Part shown: positions 12,096 through 25,300 of the stretch, in pieces
How positions within the stretch are numbered: position 1 is the first letter of the stretch
How the letters are laid out: every line of letters begins with the position of its first letter
Source: Tubulanus polymorphus
Lineage: Eukaryota > Animalia > Nemertea
Assembly (NCBI RefSeq): GCF_964204645.1
Contig: NC_134036.1
Location: 10,147,859 to 10,211,858, forward strand
Reading direction: 5' to 3'
DNA: 64,000 nt
Position numbers and translations under genes: made by a program
The notes under the pieces: model-generated
Seen by the model: the letters and a program-made list of their open reading frames with translations, nothing else
Databases searched by the model: none
What the model was told of the DNA's origin: nothing

Positions 12096-13749
12096 TCAAA
12101 TTACATTGAAATTTGATTCATCAGGTACAGGTTTCCGGTAATATTTTCTAAACACTGATAGATTTGACCATCCTGCCGTCTTTAATGTAGATTGTATAGG
12201 CGCATTATTTCTTTCTGCCGCCGTAGTTGCCGCTGACCTAGTACTGTGAGGCGTAAAAATGTTCATGTCAACTCCTGCCCTTGTAAGCATTACTCTTATC
12301 CACCTTGACAATGTATCTCTACTTATAGGTCCATGTGGTTTCACATATAAAATAAAGAATTGTGTTGTATCACCACGCAATTTTTCTTTTCGATTAAGGT
12401 TAACTTTACAATAGTTCACAATACAAAGACGTCTGTCTGGTACATAGGCTTTAAATGTTATCTCGGCCTGATGGAAACGTGGCCTGGACTGTTTTAACAA
12501 ATCACCAAACCGAATTTTTAACTTGTTTGTGGTAAGCGTTATATTTCTCAAGTCGATCAGATATAGAGACTGTCCTTGTTGTAACCGTTACAACAGTTTA
12601 TCAAAGCCAGATGGCTATAGTGCGCGTGGACCTGGTTACCACCGAGATCCCGTGTGAACTCGCGTTTCATAATCAATAACACGTGTATTATTTTGTTTCT
12701 AACTAGTTTAAGACTGAGCCTGTTCTCTCGTTGTATATTTTAATCCTTTTTATAGTAACATTTTGACAGTTTGTAACATTCTCAACAGATTGTAATCATA
12801 ATTAGTTCCCAACCTGATTTTGTATAAAAGCCGCAACAAATATCCTGTAAAATCAGTTCATCTATGCAAGCCTGACTGTACACATCTCTCCGCTAAATAA
12901 ATCGCTATAGTCTGAAGAAAGTCTTAAGGTTAGTCATTTCATGACAAAAGGAACGGCTGCTTCAAGGGACAGGATGACGACTCTGCCTTGCTGCTTCAAC
13001 CAGGGAACGTAACTCCGGCCGACTCGCTAATTTTGCTTCTGCCTGGTGACCCGCCTGGCTTTGCTTCTGCCTTGTCGACCCGCCTGGCTTCTGCTTCTGC
13101 CCGGCCTTTGCTTTGCTTCTTACGTGAACATATACAGTCCTCCTCGCTCGCTTCCTCACTCCCCATCGACTGTCGGTGGAGTGTGCCCGAAACCCCGTGG
13201 TGTTGGACCGAGAACTCTCCCAACAGTCCTCGTTGACCAGTTAACAGCGCCAGTAATAAAACAAGCTTTAATGTGAGATCTTTTAGTGACAAACTAACTG
13301 CCGGAGACAGGCCTTTCAGGAAATTTAATACTGGTTCCACCGACCAAATAACCCTATTTCTGGGTAAAGCTGGCCTTAAATTAAATATACCTCTCATGAA
13401 TCGACTAACTATGGGTACCTGACCAATAGGAGTTGGCACTGTAACTTAGGCCTTTAGAATACAACTCAGATAAGAAATCTAATACATTATTTACACTTCC
13501 CTCGTAGGGATCAGCATTCCTCGGAGCACAAAAACCGAGCCATTTGCGAATTTGCGTTGAGTATTGATCACGTGAAGACTCTCGCCACGATGCCGTGATA
13601 ATGACTCTACCTTCCTGAGAAAACATTCCGTCTGTTGTTGTACGCCCGATATCCTCGCCGCGAAAAGATTCATCTTCGGTAGCTCGCTCATCTGTCTCGA
13701 CGGATGCGTAAGAAGAGTGCTGTGGAAGATAGGAGAATAGGATAATCAA
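12096..13749 (-). pseudogene. DIRS tyrosine recombinase, frameshifted and interrupted by a solo LTR
   Basis: LALLTGQRG|QSLYLID across the insertion; HSTRSAAT and AGWS..SVFRKYY catalytic motifs. Confidence 0.9.
12577..13225 (+). mobile_element. Solo LTR (649 bp; 5-bp TSD, BEL/Pao- or Gypsy-like)
   Basis: TGTTG...CAACA termini, perfect GTCCT duplication (12572-12576, 13226-13230), TATAAAA ~12823 and AATAAA ~12896. Confidence 0.88.
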
Positions 13750-15530
13750 TTAGCATGTTTACACATTTAGAAAACCAATATTGTGTAGTCCAAACAGGAG
13801 CCACAATGATTGCCTGAGCACTTTTTGCTTGGATTTTTTGTAGCGTCTTGCCCACCAAACCGAAGGGTGGAAACGCATAGACTAACTCTTTATTCCACGG
13901 TACAGAGAATGCATCAACTGCTTCTGCCTGTGGATCCGGTTTCCAGGAAAAAAGCCTTGGAACCTTGTGATTATTCCGGGACGCAAAAAGATCAATAGCT
14001 GGCTCACCCCAAATTTGACACAACTTTCTAAACACTCTGTCATTCAGGCCCCATTCAGTGTTATCATGGTAAGTACGACTCATAGCATCTGCCTCAGTGT
14101 TTAGGGCTCCTGGCAGATAAGCAGCTGTCAACCATAAACCTCTAGCCTTGCACCAAAGCCAAGTTTCCCTAGCTATAGCATTACATTTTTCCTTTCTGCC
14201 GCCCATATTATTTAAGAAGGCGACCGTGACTTGATTATCAATTCTAATCAAGATATGAGTATCTGTTTCCGTTTTACACAAAGGTTGTAGGGTGAAAAGG
14301 GCAGCTTCTATCTCAAGTTGGTTTATATGTAAAGCTGCTTCCCAGCTAGACCAATTTCCACCCGTCTTAAGATTTCCTCTTGTTCCTCTCCACCCTATGC
14401 CACTAGCGTCAGAAGTGAGGAAAATTTCTGCTGGGGGCCTGGAGATTGGGTGGCTTTCATTACATTTTGAGTCCACCACTGCAGATCCTCTCTGCACTCT
14501 TGATTGAGTTTCATTTTAGCGTTATAATTTCCAGCAGAATTTTTCAGCTCTCTAGTCTTAAGATTGTCACACCTTCTATAGTATAGTTTGCCATACTCAA
14601 CGGCCTGAAAACTAGCCACCATCGTACCCACTAGTACTGCTAAGTCCTGTATCTTAATAGACTCTTTCTTGAGGGCGTTGCTGGCAGGTTTCAAAATTTT
14701 TTCCCTACTTTCTTCAGTGAGGATATAGTCATTTTTATAGAATCAAAAACCACGCCAGCAAACGTAACCCTTTGAGCAGGGTCCATCATTGATTTTACAG
14801 GATGAGTAATGAAACCTGCGCAATCAGAAACCTCATGGGTATCCCTGACAATCTTTCTGCACAGTTGTAAGGTCTGAGCGACCATAAAACAGTCATCAAT
14901 CCAGGTAACCAATTGATGACCCTGCTTCCTCAATTGAGAGAGAATCACCTCGACAATTTTAGTGAACAACCTCGGAGCTGACGTTAGTCCGTTCGGCATG
15001 GCATTGTAGGAATAGTATTTATCTCTTCACCTGAACTTGAAATATTTTCTAAATTGGTCTGCAACAGGAATACAATAATACGCATCCTTCCAATCAATAG
15101 TGGCCATATAACATTTCGGAGTAATCAAGTTAATGGCAGAATCTAGGGTGTCCATCTTAAAATGATGATATACAATGACCTTATTAAGTTCAGTAAGACC
15201 TAAGATAACTCTCAAAGAACCATCTATCTTATCTCTAGTAAATATGTTGGATACAAATTAGTCTCGTTCTTTTTTCAACTCTTGAATGACACATTTCTGG
15301 AGCATTTTCTCTACTTCCAAATGTATCTTGTGTGACTTGGTGACATCGAAACAGTACGGTTTAGGTTCTCTAACCTGGTTGGGTACATTCTCAAATTCTA
15401 TTTCGATGCCCCTAACCAACGACAGGATGTGTCGATCAGACGTAAGAGTTTTCCAAAAACCCAAAAACTGAGCAATTCTGCCAGCTTCAAAATTTTTTAC
15501 ATCTGACTGAGCTTTAGCCAAGATGGACAC
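13688..15530 (-). pseudogene. DIRS reverse transcriptase - RNase H - adenine-methyltransferase-like ORF (fragmented)
   Basis: IDWKDAYY, PNGLTSAPRLFTK, WIDD (RT); LTSDASGIGW, HINQLE, IRIDN, NTEADAMSR (RNase H); IDLFAS...YAFPPF (MT). Confidence 0.92.
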
Positions 15531-15539
15531 CTTACTTTC

Positions 15540-17465
15540 CGGTGTTGTCATATCGCGGAAAGACGGAATCGCGGAATTTTCCAAAAACGCGGAATTTCTT
15601 CATTTTTACTTTAAATAGTAAACGACTTTTCCCACGGGGATACCCACTGTCGGACAGCGCACCGGACCGATCGATGCAACGAGTTAGGTTCGAATCCCAT
15701 TATTTTCAGGCAATTTTATATGGAAATATTATATTACGATACCGTTGGCTGGCTGCCACCTGTAGAAGAAGTCGGAATCAAGTGGGGTGAAAGAGACCAG
15801 GCACCTAATGTCTATTTCTACTAGGCAAACTTCGGTTATCGAAGTTCATCGACTTTTTGAGAACTTCAGAAACGAATATTATCAGATAAATATTGAGTAC
15901 GTTCGCGGTGTAGGACCGTAGTTGTAGATGGTTGCAAACATGAAATCCTACGACCAAACAAGTACCGGTTCAAATTCCTTTGAAATTATTATAATTTTAC
16001 GGCCGTCCAGTACCGGTACCAATAAGATTCTTTTGATCCAAATAATCAGCATAGGGACATATATGTTATAGCAGTCACAAAGTAAACATTAAAAGAAAAA
16101 CGAAACCATTTTATAATCTTTCATATCATTTCATTCTAAAAGATAAACCACATTCGCTTATAACAACAATGTAGACACACAACACGCATGAACAATCCTA
16201 AGCCAGAATGAAATATACATAATGTCTATTTATTTTCGTCTGACATCGATCCAGTTCCACAGTTGTGAGTTAACTCTCAGTTACTTAGAATCAATTCATT
16301 TCCAATGTTTTAAATCCAGAGACCAGAGTCAAATCTTAACTCGGAAATGAGTCCTGGAGAATGACCCATGATGTCATCACAAATCCTACGTTTACGTACC
16401 ATCGATTTGTATTCCTTCAGTTAATGCAGCGATATTCTGTATCACTGAATTCGCAAAGCACGTATTGCCTAGGTTCTCCGCAAAAACCGTAAAGTTTCCC
16501 AAGTCTCCGTTTCTACCTAACGCATGCGCATTAGTCAGTGCTGGAATTGCTCTAAGTCGAGAAATCGGCACATTGCGCATGCGGCACTACATGTGAGCTA
16601 CATGTAACCTTTAAGGACTAATAGTCGCTGTAGTTTCCATTAGGTTCGAATCCCGTAAAAATATTGATCTTATTTACGCTGGTTCATCTTATAAGCGGCG
16701 CTATCAGATTCGAAACCCGAAAATTACTGATCGTATTTCAAGCGTTACGACATGAACTTTGATGATTAAAGTGTCACTGGGTTATTGTTTGCCGAGTAAA
16801 AAAGTGATAGCATCCCGAATATGAAATAATGAACTTTGATAGCCCCAGGATTTACTTTTAAGTGCTATTAGGTTCGAATCCCGAATGTGTAGCAGAAAAA
16901 TACATTCATCCTTTATAATATACCGATATATATCTTAGATTTTTAGCTTATGGCAAGACCACTTGAACACCTGTCATTCCCAAAAATACAAATGATCCTC
17001 TAAGAGGATCATGAAGAGTCTTAAGTGACCAAACAAACTGCGCCTTCCCGCTGCGCAAAAGTTCACGCAGGTTCATTCCGTTATAGTTCTATGTTTCAGC
17101 GTTCTGACATGACCCAGTTTAGGAAAAAATACACATGTAGCGACGCATGCGCACGCGACCAATTTCTGGACTTAGAGGATTTCCCCAACACTTCCTAATG
17201 CGCATGCGTTATAAACAGAGACTTGGGAAACTTTACGGTTTTTGCAGGTTCTCCATTATTTGGAACAGTATCGTTAAGTTGTTGACTGGCGATATAATAA
17301 ATTATCAAATACTAATTCCCGGTGTTGAAAACCTGGGTCCGGTGCCCTGTCCGACAGTGGGTATCCCCGTGGGAAAACCCCGTTTACTATTTATAGTAAA
17401 AATGAAGAAATTCCGCGTTTTTGGAAAATTCCGCGATTCCGTCTTTCCGCGATATGACAACACCG
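15540..17465. mobile_element. Non-autonomous Mutator-like element with ~120-bp TIRs inserted in the DIRS
   Basis: CGGTGTTGTCATATCGCGGAAAGACGG...CCGTCTTTCCGCGATATGACAACACCG; 9-bp TSD CTTACTTTC / CTTATTTTC (1 mismatch). Confidence 0.85.
16480..17245. mobile_element. Nested Mutator-like MITE
   Basis: TIR GCAAAAACCGTAAAGTTTCCCAAGTCTC (imperfect to ~110 bp); perfect 9-bp TSD AGGTTCTCC (16471-16479, 17246-17254). Confidence 0.9.
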
Positions 17466-17508
17466 CTTATTTTCATCCCACTCTAGATCAAAACTAGTTA
17501 CCTGCCTG

Positions 17509-18432
17509 TTAGCTACTTGTTCCTTTCGGCCTTCTTTTTGGTGCCCTGGTTTGGTATGACCTCACTCTGTTGCCGCGGCCTCTCTGGTACTGATGGTATT
17601 GTTGTTTGGAGGATTGATGACTGGAGTACTGTTGGCGGGAGCGTTGGTATTGATAATGGTACGCGTCACACCCTCGCTTCGCTAAAAGATGAGGTCTCAT
17701 TTTATAATTCTGTATTTTAGAGTCACGTTGAGAATACTCTTTGTTGAATATGGCGCCAACTTTAGAGAGGTCATTGAGCTCTTTGACCTTATTTGCCATG
17801 TCAACTCCAAATAAAACTTCAGAGGACTCTTTAACACTCTTACTGGCACAAATCGATCGATATTTTGGGTTTATGTGAGGTCTAAGTTCGTAGCGCCTTT
17901 GCTCTGCCAACGAGTGTAAGGCTGCGCATGAAAGCGCAAACACATCCATCGTCATTTTAACGGCAAGTTTCAGATCAACTTGCTCCTTATTAGCAATTTT
18001 TGGAAAATTCCGCGATTCCGTCTTTCCGCGATATGACAACACCGCGGTTAGAAGGCTTGTTTTTATCCAACTTTCTGGTACGGGACCTAGTCTTACTAAT
18101 TTTAGCGACTGAGGCACACTCCGCGCTCGACTTATTAGCCGAGTCGCCATGATTTTGAGGAAATTGTGAAGGAACACTTACTTCGTCATTCACTGCATTT
18201 TTCTCGACTGTTCCAGTCCTCCTAATCTTCGATTCCGACTCTCCGCCAACCGCATTAGCAGTTTGAGATGGCGGCTTGCTAAAAAGCGCCTCAGCAAGGT
18301 TAAATTCTTCCATTTCTTTGGCCATGATCGGCACCGGTTAAATTCAAAATGGCGGAGCGGTTCCGACACGCGAACAGTAAACACCAGAAAACAAAATCCA
18401 ATCGCATCCACCAACAAAAAATTTTGTAACAC
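17509..18432 (-). pseudogene. DIRS gag-like ORF1, disrupted and apparently internally deleted
   Basis: L...RRYELRPHINPKYRSIC...LFG motif and basic C-terminus typical of DIRS ORF1; contains a lone MITE terminus at 17997-18044. Confidence 0.75.
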
Positions 18433-18645
18433 AATGTCAAACGCCCAGCGTTGCTTAGATGGCCTAACAAGACGATTGCGCCTTATAAGTTAGGTTTTGA
18501 CACGGATAAACGAAAATTCGATCCCTTCAATCCGAATAATAGAACGACAAAGCACTGAACTTCGCCGGATCAAGCATGCAATTGACTGTCGGATCTACGC
18601 ATGCGTATCTCATGGAACCTCGTAATGACGTCAGCAGTTAGATAG

Positions 18646-18862
18646 AATCTATTTTAGCGTGTAACTGTGTCTACGTTAATTTTCCTTTAGTTTGTATCAT
18701 CTCTGATTACTTGAATTAGTCTCTTTGTCTCTGGATTGTATATATATCTCATATTTTTGTAGTATCTCATTATTCTTGAAGATGACTATTAGTATATAGT
18801 CGAAACGTTGAAAAAACTACCATCTCGAAGTTTCATTTTCGGACCTTTTATTATCATTGGGA
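18646..18862. repeat. Right arm of the fold-back element flanking the DIRS
   Basis: Inverted copy of 10937-11157. Confidence 0.9.
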
Positions 18863-19201
18863 CTCGACCTCACAACAACTACTCGTGTTGATCTCATTTC
18901 AACGATTTAGTACACTACATCTTGTTTTACATTGTTTAAACTCGCTGAATAGTTCTACACGACAGAAGATTGACGACACCGGCCTGACTTTTTTATATCG
19001 CGTACATTTCTTTTTTACGGATGAGAATAGGAACATACCTTTTTGATTGCGAAGTAGTGAGTCTAAATCTCGCTCGCACCAAATGGACCATTGCGCAGCA
19101 AACGCGTACACGTACACGTGGCTCCATAGGAGCTTCAACGACGCCAGCCTTAAAGCTCGTGCCACCATTTCGATCATTATCTTTTTAAATCATATCTTAC
19201 T

Positions 19202-20158
19202 TTATTAGGGTTTTCTGACTTTCGTCGAAAACCCTCTTGAAATTCTGTTGATTATTATTATTATTATATATTTTCCGCCGATTTCGTCAAATAAAATTCA
19301 TCTTCATTCAGATTCGGCAACTGACAGCTTCGAAACGAAATGTATAAATTCATACTGTACTAACGGTCTCTCTGAACCAACAGGTTGTCTGAATGTACTT
19401 TCCATCCTATTTGAAACTTAAAATTACTTATTAGGTTACTGTAAATTAAGAATTGAATTGAATTGTTAGACAAGCACCGGCGAAATTACAGTTTGTGACG
19501 TCATTTAGTAAGTAAATAAAGGAGGGCTCCGAGAATTTCCAAATCACGGGGTACTATACTGGGGTTAGACCATTCAACCAAAAAGCGGATTGCTCCGATA
19601 ATATCCAAATCATCTCATTTTATTTTTTCCATCGAATACCCGGTAATTAATTTTTCCTTTCGATCACATGCATCCAGAAAACCCGTTATCGCTGCTTTGC
19701 AGCTATATTTATTATATATTTTCCGCCGATTTTGTCAAATAAAATTCATCTTCATTCGAATTCGGCAACTGACAGCTTCGAAACGAAATGTATAAATTGA
19801 TACTGTAATAACGGTCTCTCTGAACCAACAGATTGTCTGAATGTACTTTCCATCCTATTTGAAACTTGAAATTACTTATTAGGTTACTGTAAATAAAGAA
19901 TTCAATTGAATTGTTAGACAAGCACCAGCGAAATAACAGTTTGTGACGTCATTTAGTAAGTAAATAAAGGAGGGCTCCGAGAATTGCCAAATCACGGGGG
20001 ACTATACTGGGGTTAGACCATTCAACCAAAAAGAGGATTGCTCCGATAATATCCAAATCATCTCATTTTATTTTTCCATCGAATACCCGGTAATTAATTT
20101 TTCCTTTCGATCACATGCATCCAGAAAACCCGTTATCGCTGCTTTGCAGCTATATTTT
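19202..20158 (+). mobile_element. Helentron/HINE-like non-autonomous element with ~449-bp head-to-tail duplication
   Basis: 5' AGGGTTTTC...GAAAACCCT inverted repeat then (ATT)n; 3' GAAAACCC plus GCTGC-TTT-GCAGC hairpin; body repeated at ~19262-19710 and ~19711-20158. Confidence 0.7.
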
Positions 20159-20287
20159 TCTATCGGAATGCTCCATTTACGCCTACATCGCACCCACTAG
20201 AGTCTGAATGGGCGGGGGACTGAATGAATGTTACATGATTGTAGCGAGAAATTGTAGTTTAGAAAGAAAATTACCTCAAGCACCGTG

Positions 20288-21480
20288 AGTAAAGGGAAAT
20301 TGGGGGTTGGAGGCCAGAAGTATGAAGTATGAGGCTAGGTAGGTTTTTGGGTAAAAATGTTGGGTAAAATATATGGGGTAATTTTCTTCTATATAAATGG
20401 AGGATGTAAATACAAGTTAAAAATGTTGATGAAATAAAATATTCTCCAAACATTGTGATAAATATGTTAGTAAATCGAATATATCTTTTCATAATAAATC
20501 ATGTCAACATCAGAAAAATGTAATTGATGACGAAAAAATAAATTTATATGAAAAAAAATAAAAAAATAGATTCTATAAAACTGAGTGGAATTAATTGTGA
20601 TATTTGTGATGAAAACATTATGAAAACAATTATAAGGTACATTTAGATTCTCTATAACGTAAAATGAATATAATTATAATTATTTTAGGTGAAGAATATT
20701 TTGGTGTTAAAAAACAAAGAGAAAATGTCGTTAAAACTGCTTATAAAGACCAATCTTACATGAAAAATATCAATGACTACATCAATTCATTGTCTATAAA
20801 AGATGATATCGAATTAATTGAAACATTCAGAAGTAAAGTTGGCCCAGCTGCATTAATTATTAGATTTCATAAAGGAAGATTATCTTAGAATTTTGAAAAA
20901 ATAGTTAGAAATAATGAAAAACATTGTGAGTTTTGTAACAGATGCTGAATATTCCAAACTTAGTTTTGGTCAAGTAACATTTACTAAATCTAATGAAAAA
21001 GTAACGCACCAGATTCAAATATGTTCTTATGAAGTTATTTTAAATGTTCAAATAGAAGATGTATTAAAGAAATTATTTGCAGATTTTAGAACACGTATTG
21101 AAGAAAGATATTACGAAGGATCTGGTTAATCATTAGATGGAATATATTTTTTTTTTTACTTACAAATTTATAATAAAATTAGAAAAAATAACGTTAATGA
21201 TTCAACATACACAACATAGAATTATATTGTTGCTTCATTATATATCAAATTACTGTTTTTAACACAAAAGCAGTAAAAAATGTTCAAAATGATGATATAA
21301 AATGTTTTTTATGGGCAATATTAAGTTATTGATATTCAACAAAAGTTGTTGAACATAGGTATAGATTATCTAATTATAAGAAATATGAAAAAGAAACTAA
21401 AATATATAGTTATATTGAAATTAAATGTTTATGAGACGATAACATTAAGTGTTTGTAAAGGTGATAATATACTACTACAC
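20288..21480 (+). mobile_element. Truncated, degenerate Polinton element C (TIR plus 5' part of pPolB)
   Basis: Start AGTAAAGGGAAATTGG...CCAGAAGTATGAAGTATGAG resembles the left end of B; TAAATG at 20394-20399; fragments (RSKVGPAALIIRF, AV.NVQNDD.KCFLWAI) parallel 22730-23400. Confidence 0.8.
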
Positions 21481-22357
21481 TATACCCTAGAGCCATTTAT
21501 ATTTTATATTAAGTTTTGAGAAAATTGCAATTTTAGGTTCTCATAATAAAGTCAAAACAGAAAAACCAATGGTTGGAACTAAAAACTGGAATATGACATG
21601 CGAGGATTCTAATGTAATTATTTATTTTTAACGTACTTTTCGTACAAAAATAGTTTAAAACCCACTTACTGTGTTTTAGCCTTGTAGGATCTTTCAAGCT
21701 TTCAAAGCAAAATCGCAGCATGTTATGGCGTGCTAGGCTTAAATACAGTAAGTAACTTTTTCCCAGGTTAAAAGACAGTATATTCCTCGGTTTCAGCTGA
21801 AAGGAATACCATTTTTCCGGGTTCTAGGTGTGCCTTTAGCGGTTTGTGACATATTGTGTTAGCTCCAGTTATGTTATTTTATGTCGTTTTGTCCGTCATT
21901 TTATTACTATACCATTATAGGGTCTCGTTTGATGTTCCTTCGCCTGAAGATACGTCAGATGATTCCCTCCCTATTTAGTGATGATCGTTGGAAGAGAGGT
22001 CCGTTTTTCCAGTATTTTACAGTAATTAGGAAATGGCGTTTTCATACCAGAGTACGAGAGTACGAGACACCACTCATCACAGCTAGGCTCTAGTGAGAAC
22101 GGACGATTGCTCTGTGATACACATATACAGTGAGTGCGCGTAACAACAACTTCGCGTGGATAGATCGATACAGTGTGTCGCTACTGAGAACGGTTATTAA
22201 CGCGTGTGCTATTACTGTAGTACAGTGATAGCGTGTCAACTGTGCTCGGATAAATAGATGCTGTGAGGCTTGGGTGAGAACGGTTAATAGCGTGCTTGTT
22301 ATATACAAGGGGAAGTAAATCCCCACTCATCACCACAAGTAATTTTTTTCCTTATAA

Positions 22358-25300
22358 ATGGGGGAGAATGAACACCAGACAGAAAACAATAATGTTAATA
22401 AAAATCAATATTATTGTCCATATTGTAAAAAATACATCGATAAATCTAATAAATCTAAACATGAAAAATCTGCAAATCATAGAAAAAATGTTATAGATAT
22501 TGAAACTCCAGAAAATTCCAATGAAAGAAAAGAACGATTAGATGATATGAATGTGGATGAAATAAAATGTGAAGTTTATAATGAATTTATAGTAAAAAGG
22601 AATTATAAAAGACATCTCGAATCACAAAAACACCATCAAAATTTGAGTAATAATGTTTTAGGAAAAGATAAACCTCAACAAGTAAAAAAAACAACTTAAA
22701 AAACTAAATCCATTTCAAATAAACCTTACATGGAAAATGTTAGAAATTATATTGATTCACTAGAAATAAAAGATACAATTGAAATTTTAGAAACATTACG
22801 TAGTAAAATTGGTCCTGCAGCTATTATATTTAGATTTTTTAAATGTACAACAATAGAAGATTATAGTAAATTTAATGAAATAATAGAAAAAATACTAGAT
22901 TTGATAACAGATGTTGAATATCCAAAAATTAGTATCTCTGGGAAAGTAAGTTTTTTAAAGTCAGAAGAGAAAATGGATTATAATATTCAAACACTCTCTG
23001 AAGAAATAATTTCAAAAACGCAAATAAAAGAGAAGTTAGAAAAAATATTTAATGAATTTAGACGTCATATTGAAGAGTTCTGGTTTAACATTGAATGGAA
23101 TTATATTTTTAGATTTAAATGTTTATAATACAAAAAGGAATAAAACATCAAAAAGTAAAACAATGTTTAAAAATGATTCAAGCTTTACAACAGAAAAGGA
23201 TAAAAAAGCATCATCTTATATTAAATTACCATTTACAACAAAAGCAGTAATAAATGTTCAAAATGAAGATAATAAATGTTTTCTATGGTCAATTATTAGT
23301 TGCTTACACCCAACAGAAGATATCACGCATAGTTTTAGAATAACAAATTACCGGAAATATGAAACATTATATAAAATTGATCTATATCCAATAACTATAA
23401 AAATGATACCCAAAATAGAAAAAAATTAATAATTTAAAAATATATGTATTCGAATTAATGCAATAACCAAAGACAAAAGGTGAAAATATTAAGGATTATA
23501 CATTGGAAGCTTTATATTTAACAGAATATTATGATGATGAAAATGCTATAGATTTGTTATATTACAAAAAAGATGAAAATGAACATTATATGTGGTTAAA
23601 ACAAATTGATTTATTCTTTAGCACAGAAAGTGATTTTAACAGTCATAAAATTTATCTATGTAGAAAATTTTAATCTAAATTTAGAACTGAGAATGCTTTA
23701 CTAAAATATAAAGAATTATGTGGTAATAAAGATTTTTGTAAATTTATAATGCCAACAGAAAAAGATTATAAATTGAAATTTACTAATCATAAATTTAAGA
23801 ATATTGTTCCATTTGTAATTTATGGGGATTTTGAATCGTTCAATAAAGAATTAACTGATCAAGATAGAAAAGAAATATATAACAAAAAGCAATTATTAAA
23901 ATCAATGGATAAAGGAAATGAATTAAATGAAGACACAACACAAGATCCGCCAATTATAAACACAATTAAAAAAGTTCATCAAAGAGCTGCTGCTTATGGA
24001 ATTTATATGAAATCAAATTATCCTGAATTATATGAAAGTCAATATATTTCTTTTAGAGGTGAAGATGTAGTTAATGATTTTTGTGACAAAATGATTGAAT
24101 TTGAAAGTGATTTTGCAAAATTATTAAACAAAAATAAAAGAATAGTTATGACAAAAGAAGATGAAATTGATTTTAATTATGCAACTCATTGTTGTTGTTG
24201 TGAAAAAACGTTTTCATTCATTTGATAAAAAAGTAAGAGATCATGATCATTTAAATTCAAAATATCGTGGAGCTGCTCATGAAGATTGTAATTTACAAGC
24301 TAAGAAAGTTAATTTCGTACCAATATTATTTCATAATTTATCAGGCTATGATACCCATCTATTTATAAAACAATTATCGGGAAAATTGGGCGCAATTAAT
24401 CAAGAAATAGAAGAATATAATGCTATGAATGGTGTAAATGTAAGAACTATTAGCTAAAACATCCGAAAATTATATTTCATTTCAATTTGGTTGCATTAGT
24501 TTTTTAGATTCTTATAGATTTCTTGCAAGTTCATAAGATAATTTCTCAAAAAGTTTAGTTGATAATGATTTTATAATAACTCGATATTATTATCCAAATG
24601 AACAAGATTTTAAATTATTGAGATATAAAGGTGCAATTCCTTATTCATTTTATAAAACACACAATGATTTTAATGTAACAGAATTATTAAAAGATCAATT
24701 TTATGATCAATTAAAAGAGGAGTATGTGAAAGATGAAGTGTTTAATAGAACATTAAATATTTGGAACCATTTTAAGATGAAAAATCATGGTGAATTAGTT
24801 GATTTATACTTAAAATCAGATGTTATGATATTGGCTGATATATTTGAAAAATTTAGAGAAGTTAATTTGAATCATTTTAATGTTGATCCTTGTTATTGCT
24901 ACTCTAGTCCTGGTTTAAGCTGGCAATGTGGTTTAAAATACACAAATGTAGAATTAGATTTATTAAAAGAACCAGACATGGTTTTATTATTTGAAAAATG
25001 AATTAGAGGTGGAATTAGTGGTGTTATGGGAGATAGGTATTTTAAAGCAAATGATGAATATAAATTATTATATATTGACACCAATAATTTATATGGTTGG
25101 GCAATGATGCAACCTCAACCATACAAAAATTTTATATTGACAGAAGTTGAAAATGATGATAAAACTGATTGGGAAAGCGCAATTGCGAGTTTAAAAGATG
25201 AAGCACCAATTGGTTATTTCTTTGTAGTTGATTTAGAATATCCTGAAAATATAAAGTTTAAAACAAGAAACTTACCTTATTGCCCAGAACATTTAACCGT

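Larger units (their letters stand above)
11451..18648 (-). mobile_element. Full-length DIRS1-type tyrosine-recombinase retrotransposon (degenerate, with nested insertions)
   Basis: gag, RT/RNaseH/methyltransferase and YR ORFs; inverted terminal repeats (~18580-18648 vs ~11499-11566), terminal extension 11451-11498 and internal complementary region; AAT at both junctions. Confidence 0.93.

Noticed and set aside
12962-13439. Novel low-complexity proteins from overlapping ORFs
   Set aside because: Read-through of the YR frame into the solo LTR and its short GC-rich repeats.
13688-14100. Bacterial DNA methyltransferase acquired by horizontal transfer
   Set aside because: This MT-like domain is a standard part of DIRS1-type pol ORFs.
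15686-16885. tRNA genes suggested by GGTTCGAATCCC motifs (~15687, 16643, 16871)
   Set aside because: Only the T-loop/B-box is present; no acceptor, D or anticodon stems could be built; they lie inside MITEs.
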